NCBI RefSeq assembly: GCF_964204645.1
Contig: NC_134035.1
Span: forward strand, 8,588,451 to 8,652,450
DNA from: Tubulanus polymorphus
Lineage: Eukaryota; Animalia; Nemertea
Direction: 5' to 3'
DNA: 64,000 nucleotides
The notes beneath the pieces were generated by a model. The model did not search any database. It was not told the origin of the DNA and saw nothing but the letters and a program-made list of their open reading frames with translations. Numbering within the stretch: the stretch's first letter is position 1; each line of letters begins with the position of its first letter. A program made the position numbers and the translations under genes. Shown in pieces: positions 53,484-64,000 of this stretch.

Positions 53484-56400
53484 ATGGTGGATCCGTGGTA
53501 CAGCAGGATGCGCAGAAACGCCATGGAATACGCCGAAGGGTCGAATTTTCACGGGTTGAAGTTCGTATTCTATGCGTCGTCTACATTTGCAAGGTTCGTA
53601 TATATATACGTATAACATATGGTGACTTGTACTAACAGTGCGCGTGACGCGAGCGGATCCCGGGAACTGACGAAGGGCGGGGTTAAGGTCAAAAAATGCC
53701 ATTTTCTATTTACGCAAAAAAGGGTAGATAAAAAACCAAAAGGTTAAGAAATTTTTCAGCTTTCCTCAAGATTAAATCAATAAACTGTTTGAAATCAATG
53801 AGTTATTTAAGATGATTTTAAACAATTTCAAATACCGCAATGATGTTTTTTATGTCATACAAAATTCAAACCTAGCAATAACAGAACTTGTAAATGGGTA
53901 CGAAATAATACCTCTTCTTCGTTATCTGGTAGTCAACATTTTGTACTTCTTAAATTCGAATAGGGCACACTCTTTCAAAAGGGGTAGTGGGTGTTCTAAA
54001 GTTCTAACGCGTATCGAGGCTTCTTTCAGCCAGTACAAATAAGGCTCAATATAGAAAACTGAATTTGTTTAAAGGTTGTAGATGGTTATTTATATCATCG
54101 AGAATAGAAAAATTCGTTCAACGTAGGCCTAAATTTTGAACCTGAAAAATTACCTTCTTTTAGGCAAAATCATTCCTAGATATTTTCAAGGGTAATTTTT
54201 TATCAATCTATACGACAAAACTCCCCCATAGATTAGAAGGGAGTGGTTTTCAACTGCGCAGGATTCCCTGCTCGTCAGACCAAAAACTCTTGCTTGATTA
54301 TAAGTTCAAAGTAGGCCTAAATTTCGAACCTTTTCTTTTAAGCTAAATCTTTCCTTATAGATATTTTGAAGGATAATATTCTATCAATCTAAAGGCTAAA
54401 AGTCCCTCATAGATTAGAAGGGAGTGGATTTCTTAAACAAATACGCAGGATTCACTGCTCGTCAGACAAAATCTGCCTCGAATATAATATGTCCCTCTTC
54501 ATATCATTATAAATGATAATCAATGCCCGTTTGATATCGATATTACTAAATTCAATGATAATGGCTCTTATTCAACAGCCGAAGTGTTTTCGTTTCATTT
54601 TGATTCAAAAGATTATATCGCATAAAGAATTTACTGTGGAACTTTTTCATTTATCTAGAGTTGACAACAGATTGTAGACTGTTTCATTGGACAACTAACT
54701 AAATCCGATATGAAAGAATCTTATATGTATATACGGAGCTAGATGCATATGACCGACTAAATACCTATCCACGCCATTCCCCAATCCATTTCCCATTGAT
54801 TTAAAGCGCATGTCTTGTTTACAGGTGTATGTGGCTGTTCGTTTTTCTGCTGGCCACGACCGGTTTCGTCTATCAAGTTCAGGATCGTATCGGGTACTAT
54901 CTCGGCCTGCCGATCCGAGTCAATATCGAAGTCGAAGAAGCCAGCGAACTGAAGTTTCCAGCGGTGACGATCTGCAACACGAACAGCTTCGTGTAGGTAT
55001 TTTCATACAAGCGTTTATCAGTTGACGAGGAGGTGAGATGTTTGTCACCTCATATTTGCTAAAAGCATTCATTAAAGTAATCACTGGCGGCCAATATTTT
55101 TAAAATGCTAAGCGAGAACAGCGAGGAACTGGATCCCGTTTATCTTTCGTTGAGTCATGCATAACAATTCTCCTGCACTGGTTAGCAAACAACCTATGAC
55201 GTCACACATGCGAGAACTCCTGTTCTGTTTTTTTCGATAATTCAACGAACGAAGCTTCGGCTTTAAACGTGCCCGGGGAATAACGGAAAAATGCATTAGG
55301 TTTATTCTTTTCATTCATTGTTCACAAAAGGAAATTTGCGCTGAACAATCATAAAAAAAGGAAATTCGCGCTGAACATTTATAAATGCATTCAAGTACAA
55401 TGATAGATGCGGTACAAAAGAATTACGATATACCGAGTTATATTTGGTCGCGGGAGCATCAATATGCAATCGTTAGGGACGTGGGTTATGCTAGTAAAAA
55501 TGTTATATAAAGATGTAAAGATTAGTTCTTTATCATACACGGGTACGGATTCTAACGAATTTACACAAATCAATTAGTGTTCTTTTCTGTTTTATATTAC
55601 AAAGCGTGTTAGGATTATGGGTTTGTCCAAAATTTACGGGGATTTGTTTGTTTCTATCGGTCGTGAAAAGGTTGCATTCTACGAGGATATGTTTCTCATC
55701 ACCTAGGCATCGTGCGTTGCGCTTTTCACATAGTCTTTCTTCTTTTGGGTCATTATTTTTTCTTACTGTTTATTAACCTGGTTGTTTTCAAGGTTTGTAG
55801 TTTATATCATATATTGTCTAAGTCGTTAAAGAGGTTAACGGTGTGGTTCGATATCGAATTACGTAAGAATCACGGTGTGGTTCGATTACTTTCTTGGATC
55901 TCGCGTTTTTAACACCATCTTTGAATGTCTTCCTCATCAAGATTTCACCGGCTTCACCGGATCTCCTAATAGACAGGTCGTCTCTACTAAAAACAATGCA
56001 TCCTAAATCGTGCGCGAACGTCTCGATCCATAAGTTATAGTTTATTTGTTTTTGATTTTTTACAGGATTCGATTTTCTATTAGTCGATACGGTTACTATG
56101 GCGGCCGATTCGCCCCATTGAAAAAAATGAGGCCCGGCCTTTCTAGCGGAGAATTGTATTTTTGATGCGCAGAATTTCTTTTATCTCGCGTCCAATTATC
56201 ATCCATTATTCATATACGTTATACTTAAAGGGAATAAAGAATAGAGACGAATCGGATCAATCATATATTGATTGTTTCTATCATTTGCCCAATTTGAAGG
56301 GAAAGCTTAAAAGCAGCTGCATTTTTGGAATACAGCCCTAGGCCCAATTATCACTATGTATGGAGGTTCAAGTTTCCTGGGTACTCGAAGCCTAATTCCG

Positions 56401-59400
56401 CAATGAAGCCTAATTCTGCATGCTGAGCTGGATTCTGCTGTTGGAGAGTCTCAAAATGAACATCGATAGTTTCAGTCACTTCCACCAGTTTCTAACGGGG
56501 ATTCTCATTGGCTCTTGAGGTCATCGATTTTTGAGAGGCTTTGTGGCCGGTGGTTTCTTGATCTATTGAATCGATGAATCTCAAATTCTCAAATCTCACT
56601 GAAACCAATAAGATAAACTTCCTACTTAACGGCAATTTCTCCCTTATCGACCTTCATACCTAACACTCTAATGCTAAAAACTGTTTCAAAATTCATTCTC
56701 AGTACCAACAACAATTCCAACATTAGACTCCTACATATGTACAGTATCTGCTCTGTTAGCCATTTCAAATAAACCCAACCATCATGTAACATTTCTAAAT
56801 TTATATCTGGTTTATGCCGAATTTGTAACTTGTAAATGTTTAACTTAATAACCCTTTTGCCTATAATGTACTTGTACCCTGGTACTGGTATTTATATTAT
56901 AATGTATATTAATATTCGGAATAAACATCTTTATAACTTGAAAAAATCTCAATTTGTATTTGTATTTTATAGGATGTCAACGGCTTATTGGGACAGATTG
57001 TTTGATAATCTAACGCGATACTACACCGCGACACGAGACGTTAGGGGCAGTTTGACAGAACTCGACTCTTTGAACGCAACTGAGATGGCACTTCGGTTAG
57101 CTCACAAGAAAAAAGATATGATCACATAGTAAGTATATGCAAGATGACCAATTTTAACGAGTGAACAGGCATTATTTGAAAGTTCATTAACTGAATATTC
57201 AATTAGGAATCAAAAACTTTCACTACTAGTGCATACATCTTCAGTGGCTTAAATGTAGCTACTATGCACTAGTAGCGAAAGCTTGTCGTTTCTAATAAAA
57301 TCAGCTATAAGCACTACTTGCTTTTCTATCATTATCATTATTATCTTTATTACTGAATAAATTACAGTTAATAATGAAATAGTAATACACATTACAGGAT
57401 GCATAAATTAAACAAAAGTTACATTTATAAATAGTAAATAAATGATAAACAGTCAAGTAAAGCGCAGTATTGTAAAGCGCATATTTCATTGTGACCAATG
57501 TTCACCGGCGCATGGGCTGAGTTATTACAGGTCGTAAGCTAATTTGAACAGCAAAATCTTAGGTCTAGTCTGAGGTTATCATCCGATGAGTTCCAGATGG
57601 ATACTGCTGTGATACTGAAGGAACCTCCACCGAAAGTCTTTTCTAGATCTTAAATTAGGGATTGGTCCTATTATTCATTATTTTGATTGGTAGATTTCGT
57701 TTCATTTTTTTGTTGGTTGGTGTCCCTTTCAAACCCACCAAACCTGCCGGGAGCGAAACCGTGGTTTGATTTTGAAATCGGAAATCCAAGGACAGATATA
57801 ATTGTGTGATCGGCAGTTTACATAATTTTTGGTTTAAATCGAAGTACATAAATGGGAAATTCGGTTCCGGTTCATTCGAAACAATCTTCCAACCTGCAAG
57901 TGATTGATTGGGATTAATGAAGTTGGGTGTGCCTAATTTAAAACATCGAGGCTTTTGATAAGTATAAATACAAGGTTTTAGATAATTTTTATTCCATTTC
58001 TATTCCTCTCGTGTAAAAGTCCTCTAAGTTAAGTTGAATACCGAAATTCTTAACCCTATACGGAACATAAAACACGGTTACTGGAACAAAATGAGCAAGA
58101 GACGGCACATATTACTCTATAGTCAATGCGCTGCTGCATTGGGAGCTAATGGAGTGTAATCAACGCAGGTGTTTTGTGCTCTCTAGTGCGGGTCCTAGCG
58201 ATTACCCTGGTTGGCGATTTGTATTAACTGTAGCCTGTTGATAGTGAATATCGCAGCTACTGGCAGACACGCGCTGCAACAGTCGATTCTTGTCAAGATG
58301 AGTGATTGGTCCAACAGTTTGGCTGCGAGTAAGTCAATTGCCGTCGGACACTAACAATTGTCCTGAGGTGGAATGACGTTGGTGTCACGAAATGTGAGAC
58401 ATGTAACTCCATAGTCATCTGATGATCGAACCTGTTTCCGATCGTGATAGACGAGATCGGAAATTTCTGATTATCAACGCAGATTGTCGTGTGACTGTTA
58501 CATTTTTAGCAGTTCGGTTTTAAAAAAAATGTTGTCTTGGCAAAAAATAGGAGGGGGTGCTTTGGTCCTCCTTATGCCCCCCCTGAATTTACGTACAGCA
58601 CACGAACATCAACAAAGAATTTACGATAAAACATCTAATATCATAATGGTCGGGATAACCGCTGATAACTCGCTTCGCTGATTATTGGCAACCTGTATCG
58701 CGATCGTGTGTGTTTGTTTTGTTGTATTTGCATGTACTCAACGAGTCTGTGAAATATATCGATCGTATCGTATCGATCGCAAGTTCCCTAGTATGAAACG
58801 TTAGACTGCAAACGTTAGACGTTATCGTCGATTTAAAGTATTAACCATTATGTTGGGTGCATGCATTCGTGGTCCGATTGAAATCGATCTTGAAATACAG
58901 AATAAGCCGTATTTATCTGATTGATTCACTAATATTGATTCGATTTAAATGTTGTCCCTTAAAAGCCCATCACACATGCGGGGATTCGAACCTAATCTGC
59001 CACACTTGCTGGAATTCCATAGCCAATCAGACACCCGTTTTCTTTTCGCCCGGGTTTTTCCAAAAATTATAGTTTGTTCGTAAAATTTGCCTCAGCGATT
59101 ATAAAACCCCAATGCCGTCAAACCTGCGCATGTACCTGCGCAGCCGGTCAAGTGTGGCAGGGTTTCATACCGTGGCGGATCTCGATACCATCAGGTTCGA
59201 ATCCCTCTCGGGAAGGATATAAAAAGTCGACATTTCTTCATCATTTCTTCGCATATCTTTGATTTACTTACAGCGCGGAAATAAATTGCTATATATGTGT
59301 AGATACATAGTTATATGTATCCAGATGTACAAGAATATCATTTACATAAACATATACATAAGCATGAATATCAATTATATACGCTGTTTTAAACTTAATT

Positions 59401-62400
59401 TACTTTTACTTTTTGCCTTTTCTCGCACTACTGGTACAGTCATAGCGTTTAGTAGCTGGTTTACTTACGACAGAAATGGACTTACCTTTTTCGAATTGAA
59501 ATTAACCAGATTTTTTCAGGGTTTTCAATTTCAATTAAAAAAGGATATCCAATCTATGAATAGAAGGCAATGATATGAAATAGGTCCCTATAAAAGGATT
59601 TCGTCTTTATAGCGTTTCGAAATACGGACATGCATGTATTAAATGCACCTCATCTCCGAGAAACGTTAGGATTGCATTTATTGCATCTCATTCGATCTCT
59701 GAATGTTATCTTTTTTAGTTGCGTATTTCGTTCGACGCCATGCAGCTACTTGAATTTCACGACGCGTTTGACCGATTACGGGGTGTGTTTCACTTTCAAC
59801 GGCAACTTGCGCCGGCAGGAAATAACGACAAATACGGGTTCGTTTGCCTAAGGGAGCATTACTGTCGTTTGAGTAATAATCTTAAGAAGTTGACTTCACT
59901 CTTGCTTTGCTCCGAGTTAGTCAGTATTTAACGAATCTATCTCGCAATTTGTTTCGTAGGTTCAACCGATGGTTTGACTCTGTTGTTGAACGTCGAGCAA
60001 TACCAGTCGATGAGCGGACCGCACCCGAGCGCCGGCATCAAATTTCTTGTGCATTCCCCCGGAGATATTCCACGTGTCACTGAACTAGGTTTGGCCGTTC
60101 CAGCCTCGATGAACGGCGTCGTTGGTCTGAGATACTCGTTAGTAAGTAAACATCCAAAATGTCTTTAGTCTCGTTGCATGCATTGATTAGTAGTTTGAAA
60201 AAGCTTACAATGGCACTGATTTGACTCATCATGTATATCCAAGTTCACTATACGTTATGCAGATTGATAACCTGCAGAAGCCATACGGCATGTGTGTGGA
60301 TGACTCGGAAAGCCAAAACAACTGTATGATCCGGTTAAGCGTTTCGGATGCAGCAGCTACTTGTAGATGTCGTCCTGGGTACGCTACATGGTTGACCGAA
60401 TGGCCCGTGTGTAATCTGACAACGTCGAATAACTGTCTAGAGCGAGAAATGGCAGGTAATAATTATATTTATTCGTGAAAAATACGAACGGTCTCCGCAC
60501 ATGGACCACCAAGATATTTCATTGAAATGATGCCGACGCATGAGTCGTAGAGTATATAATACATAAATGAATATGATCTCCTCCAAAATGTGGTCTAAGA
60601 TATTCAGACAAGTGGTCCCTGTTTTAAATTATCATGAGCACGAATAACGGCCGACTTGACGTCACCTACGTAAGTCAAATGATGTGGAATCATTTTAATA
60701 TCTATTTACAATTCAGCTTAGACCAATTTCTACAAAGAAATACACGTATAGACGTTAGCTAATTCATATGACTTTTTTCATCTATAGTTACCGTTGGAAC
60801 GGACCGATGTCCGCAGGATTGCTTCGTCGAAAGGTACTCAACGATGGTCACCTACTCGACGATGTCGCGGTATCAGGCTCGAACGCACGCCATAGCAAAC
60901 GAGCACGACCAGGCGATTATCGGCAAGTTACGAAACGCAACCGACGTCTTGCACAGAATCGACGAACGACTGAGATACGACGACTACGCGGTGAGCGTCC
61001 AGTACAGCACCGCACTCAGTCGACTCGTGGGACAAGGGACATTTCTTGAATGGTTCTCTAACAATTCCCTCGTGTCCAACGTCAGCGCGACGAGGCAATC
61101 GTTTAAGGCAGCCTTCAATGATGGCCTATGGTGTGTGTCGCAGATGCTTAAGAAGTTCAATATGATATCAGAGGTAGATAAAATGGACGTAACGGTCATC
61201 GGTCCTTTGACGAAACTACTCGGTTTTATCGACGAGGCATATTCGGTTAGTTTACTACGGGCGACGGAATGCCTGAAGAACAACGGTAGTGGAGACGTAG
61301 CTAAAAATGAATGCGCCGAGCCGTTTAAGCTGTATTTCCTGGGGTTCATCAGATCTACGCGATTAGAAAACGACATCGCGAGGAATGTGTATTTGTCGAA
61401 CGTGCAAGCGGTACAAGCGAACATGTCGCAGTTTTTCAAAAAGCCCCCCGATAAGGCGAGCTATATAACCCGCGATCTGAGCGGCTACAACGCGTCATCA
61501 ATACAGCTGACTGACCTACTGGACAAGGTTATACAAGCGGTGAACAAATTACTCGATGACCCGACGAACGCGACGAAACTGTCGCGGGTATCGATAGCTA
61601 TAGAAACTTTGAAAACGCACGTCAGAACTCAAGTTATACCGCACGCGATCACGCTCATAACCCAGATCGTGAATCTGCAGTCACAATTGAGCGAAAGGTA
61701 TACGGACTTAAACGATCAATACAAATCAATAACTCCCCTCGAAAAGGCGGCCGTTAGAGCCCTTACGAAAATTCAGAAACGTATCGTACATATTCAGCGC
61801 ATTATAACCGACGCCCAGTTCGTCAGACTTTCCGAGGACATGAATAAGATGTACGACGACGGAGCGGTCGAGTCGATGTTGAAACTCCTAGAATTGAAGG
61901 CGACAATGGAAAGCGTGCACGGTATGTTATCGACGAAACAGATCTCGACCTGGGCAACGGGAATGGTGGATTTGAACGAGTTTTTGACCGATTTTACGAG
62001 CGAAGCGGACCAGTTAAAAACGGACACGGCGTACCTGAAACCTTACTGCCCGGAGATCGCGCGGATTCACGATTCAATCGACGACATAAACGGCCTTTTT
62101 AACGTTATCGACAAGAAAATAGTAGAATTGACGGAGCTCACGTCCGACTACGACTCGTCCTACAGTCGTCTGATTTCAACACTCGAAACTTTCAACGCTA
62201 GTGTGCAGATCGATGCAAATTTTATCAAGTAAGTAAAACGAGGTTTATGGTGTATCATTATTACAGAATTCAGATTAATATTTAAATTCATTGCTCCAGA
62301 AATGATACTCAATAGGATCCCGCGGATTTTTCTTCATATTCGCCCGATCGATGAGAGTTCATGCATAGAAGGAATTCCAAAACGAATATTGTCCGCAGTG

Positions 62401-64000
62401 AATACCTTTAAGGCGTTGTTATCTAAGCAACTCGGCAAACTCGCGTTAGACGGCCGAACCTGAACCTGTGATTGAAAAGGCCGCCATTTCGTTTTTCAAT
62501 CGATCGACGAACATGCTTGTCGTGGGCGCCATCTAGAGACGCGAACCAACTCGCCTGCACGGACGAGTTCTCGCGTTGGATACTCGTCTAACTAAATGTG
62601 CCGAGTTGGGTACTCGAGTATGACGAGTTGGTTCAATAAATTGACAATTTGACGGCGACGTAAGCGAGTTGCTAAAATATAAAAAACGCCTTACAGATCA
62701 ACGAGAGTATTCCCACAACAGATTCAGTCAAAAAGGAAAACTTCTATACAAGAATGATATCTACATTTCGAGCAACGTTTCGGCTAAATACTATTTTCAT
62801 TCTACTATTCTCATCCTATTCTCAGTACGCCTGATGATGGCTAATAGCGTTTAGCCGAAACGTTGCTCGAAATGTAGACATCATTTTGATATAGAAGTTT
62901 TCATTTTCGGCTGAATTTATCGTGGGATCTCTCTCGCTTTTTTCATCATACGGATACTGTGACTATAGTGAACTGATATTAATCTCAGTGTAGAGTTAAC
63001 AAATAAAAACCCTCAGTAGATATGTAGAAAACTTTATTCTCTAACAGTTTCGGTGTTACTTCTAAACCCCATCATCAGAAAATGATAATATAACGCTTTA
63101 TTATATCATAATATGTTATATTATTGTATTTTATCATTATTATTTATATTACTATATTATTTATGCTATTTTGATATATATAATATTATCATATTATTGT
63201 TGATATTGTATCATTTTAGTTTCTCTGATGACGGGGTTTAGAAGTGACCCCGAAACTGTTAGAAAATAAAAGTTTTCTACATATCTACTGTGGGTTTCTA
63301 TTTGTTAATCGATATTGTGTATCATCTCGTCTCAACTTTAAGATCAGTTTCCAATTTCAAAATGCGTAGGTATTTCTATCTAACATTTCACATTTCGTTT
63401 GATTTTATTTTTTCGCGTAGACGCAATTTTGTCGTGCTAAACGTATACTATACGACGATGAGCTACGAACAAATCATCAAATCGCAAGCCTACAATTTAC
63501 TGGGGCTGATATGTGAGTAATGGTATTATTTTCTATAAAGAAAGCGAATAATTTGATATCGATAGTAAAAGCAATGTTGCTTATTTTCTCGCGAAGCGCA
63601 GCCGTTTAGGTCAATATTGCTCTGCTGTCCGTAAGAGTAAAATTATTCATTCAAGAAAAGAACAATAAGAATAAGAATTTGATCGCTAAGAAATGAATTG
63701 CAGTTGAAAGTATTAAGTTTAACACCTCATTTTCTTCTGGTAAATTCTTGGCAATTAAAAACACTTCGTGATAAATATTTTCATCATAAAAGTTGCTGAC
63801 CTATTCAATTAAGTTATATACTCCAAATCAATATTATCTGATAACACCCTCATTTCAGGTGATATAGGTGGTTCTGCCGGGTTGTATTTGGGCGCGTCCC
63901 TTCTTACGATACTAGAACTGTTCTACTTCGTCGGAACTAAAGCCTCCACGCGCGTAGAAGTACGCGCCAACCGGGCCGTCGAAATGTCCTGCGAAAACGA
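53484..64000 (+). CDS. DEG/ENaC (ASIC-like) amiloride-sensitive sodium channel subunit with a very large extracellular insertion; 3' end runs off the window
   Basis: Phase-consistent exons: 53484-53593 (SNFHGL, HG motif), 54825-54992 (TM1, FPAVTICN), 56973-57128, 59719-59837 (DYGVCFTFN), 59960-60141 (GLTLLLNVEQ, GIKFLVH), 60263-60455 (PYGMC..CRC thumb), 60788-62228 (CPQDC plus insert), 63421-63512 (NFVVLNVYY), 63859-64000 (DIGGSAGLYLGAS, TM2 filter). The start ATG is the first in frame after a stop at 53406. Confidence 0.9.
54123..54467. repeat. Two diverged ~185-bp direct repeats in DEG/ENaC intron 1
   Basis: GTAGGCCTAAATTT..CATAGATTAGAAGGGAGTGG..CTGCTCGTCAGAC occurs twice (54123 and 54311). 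Confidence 0.8.
57320..57645 (-). mobile_element. Decayed L2-type LINE 3' end
   Basis: The minus strand encodes TFGGGSFSITAVSIWNS (L2 ORF2 C-terminal motif). It is followed by TATGCGCTTTAC..GCGCTT and an AATAAAG(ATA)n tail. Confidence 0.6.
57645..57960. repeat. Unclassified dispersed repeat; other copies at about 9760-9935, 10880-10960, 22505-22740, 50255-50470
   Basis: Shared blocks GGGATTGACCCTGTTA, GATTGGTAGATTTCGTTT and GATTTTGAAATCGGAAATC. Confidence 0.7.
58975..59218. mobile_element. Degenerate copy of the CATCCTC MITE family
   Basis: GGATTCGAACC...AGCCAATCAG...CCATCAGGTTCGAATCC...GGAAGGAT. Confidence 0.65.
60788..62228 (+). CDS. 1441-nt internal exon of the DEG/ENaC gene (end of thumb plus helical insertion)
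   Basis: TAG acceptor ending at 60787 and GTAAGT donor at 62229. The frame is open throughout and contains ORF 60844-62232. Phases match both flanking exons. Confidence 0.88.
62702..62970 (+). mobile_element. Hammerhead-bearing fold-back element in a DEG/ENaC intron
   Basis: Inverted arms span 62702-62936. Core GC-CTGATGA-T-GGCTAA-TAGCGT-TTAGCC-GAAA-CGTT-GC at 62829-62866: perfect stem II, stem I only 2 bp. Confidence 0.7.
62996..63308. mobile_element. Hammerhead-bearing fold-back element in a DEG/ENaC intron, motif on both arms
   Basis: Arms at about 62996-63090 and 63210-63308 surround an AT-rich spacer. The + strand motif is TTTCT-CTGATGA-C-GGGGT..ACCCC-GAAA-CTGTT-AGAAA at 63220-63265. 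A - strand copy lies at about 63038-63082. Confidence 0.72.

Noticed and set aside
53258-53635. 125-aa ORF as the first exon of the channel
   Set aside because: The HG-motif reading frame is a different frame, starting at 53484.
56062-56160. Possible extra channel exon after TTTTTTACAG
   Set aside because: No DEG/ENaC-like translation, and the flanking exons already join in phase. It cannot be fully excluded without RNA data.
60984-62027. Antisense ORFs 60984-61439 and 61794-62027; also alternate-frame ORFs over the GPCR
   Set aside because: Shadow ORFs of real coding exons.

Overview
Eukaryotic (invertebrate bilaterian, probably spiralian; inference) genomic DNA that is AT-rich with spliceosomal introns and many repeats. 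Three host genes can be supported. (1) An intronless-CDS rhodopsin-family neuropeptide GPCR of the vasopressin/NPS-CCAP/GnRH/achatin group (36001-37485, +). (2) A 12-exon S10 serine carboxypeptidase related to SCPEP1 (49785-40124, -) with an intact Ser-Asp-His triad and an unusual GPI-signal-like C-terminal tail. (3) A DEG/ENaC (ASIC-like) channel (53484 to past the window end, +) carrying about 430 extra extracellular residues encoded by one 1441-nt exon. The first 36 kb have no host coding exon that I can recognise. They contain a young 5'-truncated CR1/L2-group LINE with an open RT ORF, a 4x ~452-bp tandem array with Helentron-like ends, many MITEs and LINE 3' tails. The most notable unannotated signal is a set of seven short loci, five of them fold-back hairpins, that carry minimal type I hammerhead ribozyme motifs (stem I-CUGANGA-N-stem II-GAAAC(G/UG)UH-stem I). 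Their stem sequences differ but stay base-paired. Two have target-site duplications, and one has a MITE inserted exactly in the catalytic core. They resemble non-autonomous Penelope-like-element termini.
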